Source of the DNA: Mobula hypostoma
Lineage: Eukaryota
DNA: 64,000 nt
Direction: 5' to 3'
Assembly: GCF_963921235.1 (NCBI RefSeq)
Contig: NC_086106.1
Coordinates: 34,658,001 to 34,722,000, forward strand
Positions 23,101-35,089 of this stretch are shown here, one piece after another; position 1 is the first letter of the stretch, and each line of letters begins with the position of its first letter. Both the position numbers and the translations under genes were made by a program. Under the pieces are notes generated by a model. The model worked only from the letters and a program-made list of their open reading frames with translations. It did no database searches and had not been told where the DNA came from.

Positions 23101-24590
23101 CAGGTCTCGTTGCACCTCCCCTTTTCCTAATCGGCCACCATTCAGATAATAATCTGTTTTCCTATTTTTGCCACCAAAGTGGATAACTTCACATTTATCC
23201 ACATTAAATTGCATCTGCCATGAGTTTGCCCACTCACCCAACCTATCCAAGTCACCCTGCATCCTCTTAGCATCCTCCTCACTGCTAACACTGCCACCCA
23301 GCTTCGTGTCATCCGCAAACTTGGAGATGCTGCATTTAATTCCCTCATCCAAGTCATTAATATATATTGTAAACAACTGGGGTCCCAGCACTGAGCCTTG
23401 CGGTTCCCCACTAGTCACCGCCTGCCATTCTGAAAAGGTCCCGTTTATTCCCACTCTTTGCTTCCTGTCTGCTAACCAATTCTCCACCCACACCAATACC
23501 TTACCCCCAATACCGTGTGCTTTAAGTTTGCATCATCCAGCCCAGTGCGGCCACACACTTCCTCAGAAGCAGCTCGGAACATGAGGTAAATAGACAATGT
23601 TCTCTGAAAACTCTCTCCAACTTTCTCCTTGTAGGCTCCCATTAGTCTTTTCACAATACGGGTATTCGTCCCCAAAAGAATTGAAGCTTCGCCCTTTTCG
23701 ACCGGGTCCGGACAAACTAACACAAATGTATTAAGGACCTCAGCTGCTCGCACGTCTGTCTCCGAAAACTCCAAATTCAAGGACAAGTGACAATTATACG
23801 GGTAGTCATCCGTACTAAGACTCCAGACCTCTAGCGCACTGAATTGTGTCAATGGTAAATGCGTCAAATACCGGCTGTAAAACAAAAGGTACAGCAGAGT
23901 AACCTGAGAGCCTGTGTCAAATGTGGCTCTGACATAAATACCCTCGATCCGTAGCGATACACTAGGGCTTGGCCCCACTAAGCCTTCAGGAATAGAATTT
24001 TTTTGCTTCAGAGTGTTCGTTGATACATTGATTGGAACGCATTCCCCCTGAGAAGCCAGGACGTTCCCTCACTGGGTTCTAAGCTTCCTTTCGTCTTTCT
24101 CCGCTTAGGTAGCTGGGGCTCACTCTCCGAAGATTTTCCGGCCTTCACACTCCCGCCTGAAGTGTTTGTCTTCCCCACAGTTATCGCAGACTATACCGGT
24201 CGCTCCCCTTCCCGCGGGACCCCATTCACTAGCAGCCCACTGCTCAGTCCGTCCCCTCAGGGGGTTCGATTCCCAGTCAGCTTTGTCATGCAGAGTGGTC
24301 GCGCCCGCAGACAACAACATGGATATCTCAGTTTTAAACTCTGGTACGAGTTCCCCTCTCACCTCCGAGGGGGTGCTATCAGGTATCACTAGCAACCGAG
24401 GCTACTACCGTGGACTGTTCCCTGCTGACGGAGATCTGACGCACCTCCGTCGCATTCTCTTCCTCTCTTAATTCTCTGATCAGCTCGACAAACGAGTGAG
24501 TGGGGCGCGTCTTCCGAGACATTGGGAGACCCCAAGAGGTCATACCATGTGTCTGTGCGCCTTTCAGGTACACAGCGATCTTGGGGTTCC
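20150..24590 (-). mobile_element. Decayed Gypsy internal region with PNMA-like gag, protease, RT and RNase H; no LTRs seen
   Basis: CDNCGEDKHFRREC knuckle, FDTGSQVT protease, CVDYRALN...[14 protein letters not shown] and YLDD RT motifs, LHTDES and EFLALKW...TDNNP RNase H motifs; interrupted by a CR1. Confidence 0.88.
22389..23525 (-). mobile_element. Young 5'-truncated CR1 LINE nested in the Gypsy element
   Basis: Intact 336-aa ORF 23496-22486 (SGEPQGSVLGPQLF, FADDTK) and (TTCTATGT)n-type tail at about 22389-22410. Confidence 0.95.
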
Positions 24591-24990
24591 ATTTCCACAG
24601 CTCTCTCAGAGTGGCAGCACAATTTGATAGTGTGGTAAAGAAAGTGAATGCCATGTTTGCCTTTATCAGTCAGAGATATGTGTTCAAGCCTCAGGAAGTA
24701 ATGTTGCAATTTGATATATGCAGAAGTGGTTTATAAGGATTGTGTCTGGATTAGAGGTTATGTAGTATAAGGAGAGCTTGGGGAAACTAGGGTTGTTTAT
24801 GCTTGAGTGGCCTACGAAGGGGAGACCTGAGAGCACGTTAGAAAATTATGGGAATCATATAAATTGCAAGAAGCCGAAATATTTTCAACAGGTTTGAAAT
24901 GTGTAATACTAGAGGGCATGCATTGATAGTGAGAGGAAATTTGAAAAGAGAGGTGCGGGCCATGTATTTTACATCGAGACTGATGTGGTT
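24590..24990 (+). mobile_element. Decayed CR1 3' fragment
   Basis: LRVAAQFDSVVKKVNAMFAFIS motif. Confidence 0.7.
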
Positions 24991-25683
24991 TTGGACTCGT
25001 CACTCGCATCCTCAGTCTTCATTTCATTATGAAATGTTATTTCCTGTTAATAGTAATCGAATGAATAAATTGCATAGACAAGAGAACGAAGTTCAGGGAC
25101 CATGTTTCTATGATAGAGCCATTCCTGTTCAGTGACACCATTTGAGGCGGCCGAAAATACTTAACTATCTGTTGAAATTAATGTGCTACCCATGTCAGAG
25201 CAATAACCAAGGCGCAGAAGAAAAAACTGAAAGCAAATTGATATCGATATTCATAATTTTGTCAGTCTAACAAGTGAACATATGATATTATTGCCGTAAC
25301 TTTATGCATGTGCATTCATACTGACAGCTTAGGGTGATTCTTAATTCCCGGTACCATGTTATTTTTGTCTGGGTGTAAGGTGCTTGGTGCTTAAAATCAG
25401 CTGATGGAGCTCTGAAAAACAATTCCTCTCTTCGTTGTTCCATTCTGTTGTGAAAGAATAGCCCAACAAAAGAATGTAACGTGCTGAACGACCAGTAAGT
25501 GACCGTTGTGCCCTTATCTTAAGTCGCCATCCGTTATTGCCCATCTGTTGTTGATTGAAAACCGCAACATCTGGGGTCAGGTTTGCCCCGTGCTGCTTTT
25601 AGAAGGAGGCGTTCGCATAATTTCAAGAAGTAAAACTGTGAGATGAGACACTGAATACAATTATTGACAGATAGAATAGGTGG

Positions 25684-25763
25684 GTGCAGGTGGCAGTAGT
25701 TTTCTACAGCTGTTTCAGTTAGCGGAGCTGCCACCTGCACTGCGCGGAAAAATCAAAACCACA
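25684..25763. promoter_or_regulatory. Candidate lymphocyte enhancer module (3 E-boxes, ETS core, RUNX site)
   Basis: 13-bp perfect inverted repeat GTGCAGGTGGCAG / CTGCCACCTGCAC, central CAGCTG at 25707-25712, CGGAA at about 25745, AACCACA at 25757-25763. Confidence 0.35.
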
Positions 25764-26105
25764 AGCATATTCATTGGTAATGTTGGACGAAAGTGAACAT
25801 CTGATTCAATTGAGTCTTTAACCTATGACTTTCCGATACACGTGTTTTGTGCAGTGGCCTCAGAAACTCGTCAGATATGATTTGATAACCGATCAGCAGT
25901 ACGATTAATATATACAGATTCTCAATATTTTGTGTGCGCTTCAAGCACACGCTGATCAAAACATTAAAACTTTGTTTCTCGAAATGATTTTGAATTAATA
26001 ATCGGAAACACCAAGACAGCAGATGATATTTTGAAATATATTTTGTGTCCTATTTCGTCAGAGGTTACATTCCAGAACGAGTCAGGTCAAAAATTGCAAA
26101 GGAGG

Positions 26106-29100
26106 TGTTACGAGAATACACATAAAATTAAGATGTTTGCTGGCCTGGGCTAGCTTCAGTGGCATCAGCAGTTGGTCTGCCACCTGCCCTCAGGGGAAGG
26201 AGAGATAAGGAACAATGGAGCAGCGTCTGGAGATGTGTAATGAAGGGATGTGGGAGAGAGAGCTGTCTGGAGCGGCTCCCCCCTTTGAACCCTGAACTGT
26301 TTGAAGTGATGGACAGGCGATACCCCAGCAGGGGGATAAAAAGGGACAGGTTCGCTAAGACAGGGACACACGCCACCCGAGGTAACGAGACCCTGGAAGC
26401 GGTGCGCCTCTCACGAGTGGGTGAGAAGTGCCAGACAACGACAAGGGTGGAAAGGTACGATCAGCGGGAACCCGGTGTGTGTCCTCCCTTGCCTGGGTGC
26501 CGGGTTCACTGCAGAGGATCGACCGCATCTGGAGGAGGGGTCACAGTCGGTGACCTCAGGTGACATCACCAAGGACCCGCCCCAAAGTTGCTTGTGAGCA
26601 ATCTCGCTGGTCTGTGAGTGAAGCCGTTCTGAATGATCAGTTGTTCCTGTTCTCTCTGTCTCTCTTCCCCCACCTTGTCCATCGCCATGGCAACGATTAC
26701 TGCGAATTGAACTACTAACTGGACTGAACTTTGAGTCATTTTGAAATTGGTCATTTACCCCTAGACAACGATAGAGCTTGATTGATGCTGTTATCTTACT
26801 TCTGTGCACATGTGTGTTTATCATCACTGAACTGTTGCATTTATTATCCTTTCGATTACTGTGTTGCTTGTTTCTTTAATAAAACTTTCTTAGTTCTAGT
26901 ACTCCAGACTCCAACTGAGTGATCCATTTCTGCTGGTTTGGCAACCCAGTTACGGGGTACGTAACATAAGTGGGGTTCTCGTCCGCGATTTTGAACGCTA
27001 AATTTGGGACGGAGTAAATTGATTGGGTTAAAATTCCCGAAAGAAAGAAATGACAAACAGTAGAAATGGAGGTTGAGGAATTTATAAAGGCGCCGACCTT
27101 GGAGACATTGGAGGATGCCAGGAAATCGGAATTGATAGCTGTGGCCAAACGGTTGAATCTTGCTAAGGTGAAGTCGACAATGAGGAGAGAGGAGATACAC
27201 AGAGCTATTGTAGAGCACTATGTATCTAAAGGTGTGTTTCCCCAAGGTGAGCTGGGGGTGGTGTCTATTGAAAAACCTGCTGGAGACGCGGTGCAGGTAC
27301 AGCTTGAAAAACTGAGACTCGAGCACGAGTTCCGGGTACGACAGTTAGAACACGAGGAGAAACAGAGGGAAAGGGAATTTGAGCTGGAGAAGTTAAAGAT
27401 AAGGGCCGAGCAGGGGCTCGTGCCGAACCAAGGTGGAGGGTTCCGGGCGACCCAAGAGGTTAGGCTGGTTCCCCCATTTGACGATACCGATGTGGATCGG
27501 TACTTTCTCCACTTCGAAAAGGTGGCTATAAGTCAGGACTGGCCGAGGGATAAGTGGGTTGTTTTACTTCAGAGTGTACTGAAAGGGAAGGCCCAAGAAG
27601 CTTACTCCGCTTTATCCGCGGAAGATGTCCAGAAGTATGAGGTGGTGAAGGAGGCCATCCTCAGGATTTATGAGTTGGTCCCGGAGGCATACCGGCAGAG
27701 GTTCCGGAATGCGAGGAAGCAGTGGGACCGCACGTATTTGGAGTTTGCTCGTGAGATGCAAACATATTGTGAGCGTTGGTGCGCCTCGAAGGGGGTAGAG
27801 GGGGATTATGACAGACTGCTGCAGCTGATTCTGATTGAGCAGTTTAAAGGTTGTGTCCCTGAGGGTCTGAGACCCTACCTCGATGAGAAAGAGGCAGCCA
27901 CGTTAGCCGCAACTGCTAAGTTAGCGGATGAGTATGCGTTGACGCATAAAATGAAGTTTGCCCCGAGTAAAGGCTACCAGAAGGGTAGTCAGGACGGCGG
28001 GGAGAGTCCGCCGGAAAAGTCAGAAAGTAAGCCGGGGACTAGTGAAAAGGATAAGGTAGACCGGGAGCAGTCTGGTCGGAAGTCTCCTGGGGTCGTCTGT
28101 TATAATTGTGGGAAAGTCGGACACTTTGCGTCCAGGTGCTTTGCCCCAAGAAAGGAGACGGGGAAAGGAAAAGCGGAAATTTTGAATGGCTGTATCGAGC
28201 TGTTAAGCGAACCGCTAGGGAAGGACAGGTCTGAAAAAGTCCAGGAAGGGCGCGAGAGGTTTATCTCGGCCGGACTGGTGTCAGTGAAGGAGAGGTTAAA
28301 ACCAGTTCCAGTGCGGATCTGGAGAGACACGGGAGCGTGTCAGTCACTAATACTGAAGAGTGTATTAGAGTTTAGCTCAGAGACCCAGACTGGGGAGGTA
28401 GAGGTCAAAGGTGTTGGGGAAGGGACAGAGTCAGTCCCTTTGCACCAGATACACTTACAGAGCAACCTGGTCTCTGGACTAGTCACGATCGGGGTGAGGT
28501 CCGAATTACCGATGAAAGACGTGGAAGTCTTGCTCGGTAATGACCTCGCCGGGGGAATCGTGTTCCCAGTCGTGAGATTGACAGGTCAGCCTGCCAGCAT
28601 TGAGGCCCCGCCCGCGATGGTGAATTTGGCTGAAAGATTTCTGCCAACCTTGTATGAGACAGGGTGTAGTGAGATAAGAGGTAGTGAGGGAGCTGGGACG
28701 GACGTAGCAGTAGCCAGGAAAGAATTTGTGCAGACGCAGGAGCGAGACGAGGGGCTGATGGTTTTTGCCGAGACCGCTCTCTCTGACACAGCCTTGACAA
28801 GCTATTGTGCGGATGAGGAAGTGCTAAGGAAGAAAGGGAAATCAAGTACAGCATCCGCAGATGAGGAGTGGGGGGTGGTGCAAAAGAGTTATGGGGATGA
28901 GGTTTTTAACATGGCCCACGAGGTACCCCCCGGTGGACATTTTGCGGTGCTGGAGGAAACAGTTGGTGGAATCATGAAAGAGATTTACCGGCTGCCCAGG
29001 GGGAAAAATGTTATTGATCATGACCGACGCGAACTGAGACGGTCACCGGCTTTTGTTATGCTAACAAACCTAGTCGGTGTTAGCGTGGAAATCAATGAAG

Positions 29101-30846
29101 CTAGGGGCCCCCTGATAAGAGAAAAGAACCATTTTGAAAAGATTAGGCTGGGATCGGTCAGATGGGAGAAGGCTATTGTTTTGGCCAGGTCTACTGATAA
29201 GGTCTCTCCCTTAATCCCCGAACAAAGCGAATCTTTAGGAGTAATTAAACGACTCGCACCTATGTGTTTGATTGTCCCGAGGAAATGCAAAGAACTGGGA
29301 CGTTGGGTTATGTCTGTTACAATAGGGCAGCCCAGTAAAGAACACTCATATATATTGAGTAATTCAGTGACTAAAGGGCTGATGACCACAGAGGTGTGTA
29401 TTGGCAAGTTAATACGGCTGTCTGAAGCCAGTTTGATAGTGAACCTTGAAAAAAATGAATTCGGCCACACGAGGGTCACTTACCTGGAAATTGTGGTGAC
29501 ACAGGGGCAGCTGGCAGCGATGCAAGCTACAGTGCAGGCTATCGCTGATCTCCCAACCCCGACAGACAAGAGGGCCCTCAGAAGGCTTTTGGAGATGGTG
29601 GGGTACTGCAGGAAGTTTTGCAATAACTCTGCGGTCAATACCCGTCCCCCTCCTACTAAGCCCTTGCGAGAGAAAACTGAGTCGGAATGGGACGACCCTT
29701 GTTATTGTGGTCCGGGACAAAACCAAATGAGAGGTTACATTGGTCGCAATTCATCAGTGTTTTCGGCCACTATGAAGTTTGCTGAGTTGGAGCCTGGTCT
29801 AAGGGATTATTAATAACACGTGTAAAAGGAACAGAAAATGTGATGACTGTCTGTCAAGGTGTTGACAGCTTCAAATTCTCTGTATTAGCTAAATAACTGT
29901 TAAAGATGTATATTGTGTATGTATCAGATAATGTAGTCATGTTTGTAATTTTTACCTCCCGGTAAAAATCCTTAAAGGGGGGAAGTGTTACGAGAATACA
30001 CATAAAATTAAGATGTTTGCTGGCCTGGGCTAGCATCAGTGGCATCAGCAGTTGGTCTGCCACCTGCCCTCAGGGGAAGGAGAGATAAGGAACAATGGAG
30101 CAGCGTCTGGAGATGTGTAATGAAGGGATATGGGAGAGAGAGCTGTCTGGAGCGGCTCCCCCCTTTGAACCCTGAACTGTTTGAAGTGATGGACAGGCGA
30201 TACCCCAGCAGGGGGATAAAAAGGGACAGGTTCGCTAAGACAGGGACACACGCCACCCGAGGTAACGAGACCCTGGAAGCGGTGCGCCTCTCACGAGTGG
30301 GTGAGAAGTGCCAGACAACGACAAGGGTGGAAAGGTACGATCAGCGGGAACCCGGTGTGTGTCCGCCCTTGCCTGGGTGCCGGGTTCACTGCAGAGGATC
30401 GACCGCATCTGGAGGAGGGGTCACAGTCGGTGACCTCAGGTGACATCACCAAGGACCCGCCCAAAAGTTGCTTGTGAGCAATCTCGCTGGTCTGTGAGTG
30501 AAGCCGTTCTGAATGATCAGTTGTTCCTGTTCTCTCTGTCTCTCTTCCCCCACCTTGTCCATCGCCATGGCAACGATTACTGCGAATTGAACTACTAACT
30601 GGACTGAACTTTGAGTCATTTTGAAATTGGTCATTTACCCCTAGACAACGATAGAGCTTGATTGATGCTGTTATCTTACTTCTGTGCACATGTGTGTTTA
30701 TCATCACTGAACTGTTGCATTTATTATCCTTTCGATTACTGTGTTGCTTGTTTCTTTAATAAAACTTTCTTAGTTCTAGTACTCCAGACTCCAACTGAGT
30801 GATCCATTTCTGCTGGTTTGGCAACCCAGTTACGGGGTACGTAACA
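26106..30846 (+). mobile_element. Young non-autonomous Gmr1-like (Gypsy) LTR retrotransposon
   Basis: 861-bp LTRs 26106-26966 and 29986-30846 (TGTTACG...CGTAACA) with 4 substitutions found by eye; GAGG TSD; tRNA-Pro-like PBS 26971-26989; PPT 29974-29985. Confidence 0.96.
27066..29813 (+). CDS. 915-aa Gag-protease ORF with in-frame integrase and RT remnants
   Basis: SCAN-like/capsid gag (LVPPFDDTDVDRYFLHFEK...LKGKAQEAY), CYNCGKVGHFASRC knuckle, RDTGA protease, AHEVPPGGHF integrase N-terminal remnant, then RT 3' remnant (VNLEKNEFGH...RRLLEMVGYCRKF); no DDE core, no YxDD, no RNase H. Confidence 0.88.
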   Translation: MEVEEFIKAPTLETLEDARKSELIAVAKRLNLAKVKSTMRREEIHRAIVEHYVSKGVFPQGELGVVSIEKPAGDAVQVQLEKLRLEHEFRVRQLEHEEKQREREFELEKLKIRAEQGLVPNQGGGFRATQEVRLVPPFDDTDVDRYFLHFEKVAISQDWPRDKWVVLLQSVLKGKAQEAYSALSAEDVQKYEVVKEAILRIYELVPEAYRQRFRNARKQWDRTYLEFAREMQTYCERWCASKGVEGDYDRLLQLILIEQFKGCVPEGLRPYLDEKEAATLAATAKLADEYALTHKMKFAPSKGYQKGSQDGGESPPEKSESKPGTSEKDKVDREQSGRKSPGVVCYNCGKVGHFASRCFAPRKETGKGKAEILNGCIELLSEPLGKDRSEKVQEGRERFISAGLVSVKERLKPVPVRIWRDTGACQSLILKSVLEFSSETQTGEVEVKGVGEGTESVPLHQIHLQSNLVSGLVTIGVRSELPMKDVEVLLGNDLAGGIVFPVVRLTGQPASIEAPPAMVNLAERFLPTLYETGCSEIRGSEGAGTDVAVARKEFVQTQERDEGLMVFAETALSDTALTSYCADEEVLRKKGKSSTASADEEWGVVQKSYGDEVFNMAHEVPPGGHFAVLEETVGGIMKEIYRLPRGKNVIDHDRRELRRSPAFVMLTNLVGVSVEINEARGPLIREKNHFEKIRLGSVRWEKAIVLARSTDKVSPLIPEQSESLGVIKRLAPMCLIVPRKCKELGRWVMSVTIGQPSKEHSYILSNSVTKGLMTTEVCIGKLIRLSEASLIVNLEKNEFGHTRVTYLEIVVTQGQLAAMQATVQAIADLPTPTDKRALRRLLEMVGYCRKFCNNSAVNTRPPPTKPLREKTESEWDDPCYCGPGQNQMRGYIGRNSSVFSATMKFAELEPGLRDY

Positions 30847-31189
30847 GAGGGAATTCAGTTCTATTACAATCGGCAGGTTAGTTGTACAGATCCAATTGTT
30901 GGAGCACGAGTGGCAACTCTCCGTGTTTGATAGATTTATCCAAGAGTCTGAAAAGTGGTGGCTGCTATGATGGCTTTTGACTTTCCAAACAACATTGGAT
31001 TGTCGCCTGTGATTTTAGTGGATGGACCTGAAGTTCAATAATGGATTGCAATTCAATGTATTACATACGTGGAAGGAGGTCTTCGCATTTGTTCAGCCTT
31101 TCTGATTTCTATCTGGCAAAACGACTATAAATTTTGCGCTAAGCTCATCAACCTCTCTGCTGTATTCTCAAGTCTTTGAAATGAGTCCC

Positions 31190-32160
31190 TGGTCCTACGG
31201 TAATTGATGGGTCAGTGGAGAAACAGATAAGCAGATTCAAGTTCCTGGGTGTCCTCACTTCAGAGGAACTATCTTTGGCCGAATACCAATGTTTCCTCTC
31301 ATTTGTCATGACCATTATTCTCAAAATTCTTGTGCTGTGCAATTGTTTGCCTTGTGACCACATGTGCGCACTGAATGATTTCTTCAGTAAAAACAATATA
31401 AATAACCCAGTGCTAAAATCTTTTCCAAAATCTGTAGACAAATCATCACGGACACAACCCTATCGACACCATTGATTCAGAAACCGGAAAAGGAAACGTT
31501 CGTGAAATATACTTAAAATGCCAACGAGATAAAGCGGAACAATCTTTTGTGCGCAGTTTAAATTCCTTTGTACACTCATAGCAAAAGATACATGTGCGCG
31601 TACACACGCATACCTTACGGGAAACATTGGCCAACACATTGATGGAATCATGAATTAGGAGTTTGATAAGATTTGCAATATCACTAAATGCACTAGCAAA
31701 ATTCCTCGGATGTACGGTGGAGAGTATTCAGGCTGGTTGTTTCACCGCCTTGTGCAGAGGTTCCAAAGTGTAGTATCAAAAGAGGTTACAAAGGGTTGAA
31801 GGAAGACTTAGTCATCTGCTTCACAGACGTAACCATATCACCATCATGAGTATTGCAAAAGACTGTGTCTCAAGAAGGAGGCATCCATTATTAAGCACTC
31901 TCACCAGCCGAGATGTACCTTCTTATTTTTGCCACTGAGGAGAAAGTATAAGAGTCTGAACACCCACCCTCAGCTATCATATTTCTGAACTGTCCTTGAA
32001 CCTATAAATATGACCTTGCGATTCCAATTCTATGTGCCTATTTATTGCAACTGAGGTTAATGTTATATCTTGCGCTGTAACTTTGGTGTGAAGAAACACA
32101 TTCAACGACATACTATATGTCAGTGATAATAAAACTGATTTATATTCTGATTCCAATTTC
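31190..32160 (+). mobile_element. Decayed Rex1/Babar-like fragments
   Basis: FKFLGVLTSEELS motif and an AATAAA plus ATTCTG-type tail near 32130-32155. Confidence 0.55.
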
Positions 32161-33139
32161 AAACAGAGAGGAATTGAAACCCCTCGAACGGAGCCTTAAG
32201 TTACATGCTAGTGTGCAGAAGATATGTTGTCTGTTGCTGTCTTAGACAGATATGATAGTTTTACAAGGCACAGTTGTAATTTATCGGAGTGCTCTGAAGA
32301 TGTGGTCCTGAAGTTTGGAAGAATTCAACAAAGGAGTAGTGAGAAGTCAGGGCATATATGTACTGAGTAAGATAAAATGAAGAGCTCCGATTTATAGATC
32401 ACACGTTGTGGGAAGTTTGGAACATGATAAACAGATTCTGGTTATTGCCAAATGCTGAATCTAAAAAAAAAGCATTTAAGAAAAAAAATCAAATGATTTA
32501 TTAAGGATACAATTGGATAACACAAAAATGATATAAAATAATGAAACCTCTTGTGCAGTTGTGACATAGCACCCAGAACCTGTGCTTAGTCTTCTGACGA
32601 GGAAAGCTTTCATGTCCTCCACTTTCGTCAAGAATCTGGCTACCTGTCGCAACCTTCAGGCAACTGTGCACTCAAAATGCATTACTTCGCACGTGTCTGA
32701 GATATATTCAAGTTATTCAATTTTGAGATATGATCAGTTTCCCAGGAAATCTGGAGAACGAACTTGGGTAAATGTCTTCATTTTCCATTATATGCTAATT
32801 TTCCTGTTAACCACAAGTTTACAAATCATGGCATCGATATTCTCATCCAAGTTACACTGGACAACAAAGATATTGCTTCGTGAATACCTTTATGCGTATC
32901 TCATGGATGTTGCGCTGCTGATCATGCAACTAACCAGGAAATACCCCCATCACGCACCATAAGCTCGGCAGGACTTGTTTTGGAAAGGCGATAAAAGCAT
33001 CATGCATACACTATTTTATGTATTGCATTTACTTGCATATCGGTTTGCGATCACGTTGATACGCATGCTCTATGCGCGTAGCATATTGTATGTACTCATT
33101 ATGATAAAGTAATTGTATTTTCAGGGGTATTTCTGATAG

Positions 33140-34440
33140 CAAGATGTCTCGCCAATGTTGCAACAGCCGTGATATTTTCTGTTGTATTTGTGGTAAGTTT
33201 ACGCCTAAATGTCCAAGACGGAGCAGGACTCCGCTTGTTACTAAGACATATAAGCTATACTTTGTGTGCAAAGTTCGTGATCAAGACAGAGCCTTGGCTC
33301 CTCACATTTGTTGCGCAACACGCGCTGTACTTTTTAGAGCTTGGCTCAGAGGCGCTCGAAAGTCAATGGCGTTTGCTGTCACGATCATATGGCGAGAGCA
33401 AAAAGTTCATGTGACAAACTACTACTTCTGTCTAACCAGTGTGTCTCTGCTAAAAATAAGAAATCCATTGAATACCTCATTCTCCCTTCATAACCTCATG
33501 ACAAATGTCTTCCAGTAGCGAAGCCACCAGAGATATGGAGTCTAGAGAAAGCTAACGAAGCTGCCACGATGCACGCGTCAGGTATGGAAAAGGACACAGA
33601 TACTGATACAGGTTTTGAAACTTTTCTGTTGAGTGAGCCTCATCTGATAACTCAATCCGAGTTAAATGACCTGGTCAGAAACTTGGATTTGTCAAATGCA
33701 AAGCAGAATTACCGGGCTTAAATCTGCAAGGATGGAATCTGCTGTCACCAGACACAAATATTTCCTGAAGGAACATACATCAAAGTTGCTGGTGAACGCA
33801 GCAGGCCAAGCAGCATCTATAGGAAGAGGCGCAGTCGACGAAGGGTCTCGGCCTGAAACGTCGACTGCGCCTCTTCCTATAGATGCTGCTTGGCCTGCTG
33901 CGTTCACCGGCAACTTTGATGTATGTTGCTTGAATTTCCAACATCTGTAGAATTCCTGTTGTTTGTATTTCCTGAAGGATTTCGATATTTGAAACAGCTG
34001 ATTCCCAGAATAGCTAATGCGAAGACTAATGAAGTTGTTTAGTTGGACTATAAATGAAAAAGGCCATCAATGACAGGCAATTTGAAAAAAAACAAAAAAT
34101 CTAGTTGGACGAGAGAGAATCGCATGGAAGGCATTCAAGGGAGTTATTGAAAATATTGTTGGCAACTGCAGTGCACCAGTGCTGATTAAAATACTTAAGG
34201 CATACGAAACCGTGAATGGCAACATGTCACTAAAGATTCCTTTTCTACATGCCCATTTATTCTTTCCGGGAAATTTTTGCGTTGTTAGTGGCAACCATGG
34301 TGAAAGTTTTTTTCTGGAACATTGTGGGCCCAGAGAAACAGTATCAGGGCTACTGGGATCAGTCAATCCTGGCCGATTACTGTTGGGCACTTAAGCGAGA
34401 AGCCTCAGACGCTGAGTACAAACGAAAATCACCACTGGAA
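33140..34440 (+). mobile_element. Chapaev-like (CMC) DNA transposase remnant
   Basis: SRQC.N..D.FC.ICG...YF...DQD...APH.CC...W...M.F...IWREQ..H...YFC N-terminal Cys motif and NMSLKI.FLH.H..FFP.N...VS..HGE.F C-terminal motif. Confidence 0.65.
33773..33965. mobile_element. 193-bp fold-back Penelope pLTR insertion with 14-bp TSD
   Basis: About 68-bp inverted arms around the hammerhead core; TATTTCCTGAAGGA at 33759-33772 and 33966-33979. Confidence 0.88.
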
Positions 34441-35089
34441 CAGTGTCGCTGTTGAACAATTGCAAAGCGTCAGCACCACACTGCAATTAAATGCATTATA
34501 TTCAATAAAAGTTAATTTCTTCTTTCTCCAAATTCCTGCGTGATGCAATTATGTTTGTATTAATCCTCAATGTCTCTATCAGAGCCAAAAATGAAACTCT
34601 GAGGTAGCAACACGCTTCGTAAAAAAATTGTCCTGTGTTTTTAAAATATATCAGAAACATCAGGGAAGCCATAACCAATTTCCATGGCACCCTAGTCAAA
34701 GACCTCCAATCTGAATAACAACCTTACAGTATGTTTTCATGACTTCAACCCACTAAATCAATTCTACATCCATTTGTCCAGATCATACTGGATCCCATAT
34801 GATGCAGCCAAACTTCCGGAGCAGTCTGACAGACCGGACCTTTTCAAAACATTGCTAATTTCCGTGGAGAAAACATTTACTCTCAATCATCTTGGACACG
34901 TCCTCAAAAAGCTCAGTCAAATTCGTGAGCCACAACTTTTCACGTACAAAGCCATGTTGCTAGTTCTGCAAATTGGCAGATTGATCAAAAGAAGGGCAAA
35001 TAAATACAGAATGTGGAAATTTGAAGCTGTCTCGATAGCCGAAAGTGATGTGCAACACTGGATAGGAATTGTTCTTTGCTACCATATAC

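Noticed and set aside
26128-26827. ORFs within the LTRs (also 30008-30707 and 43855-44447) as accessory genes
   Set aside because: Overlapping frames on both strands with no motif; repeated only because the LTR is repeated
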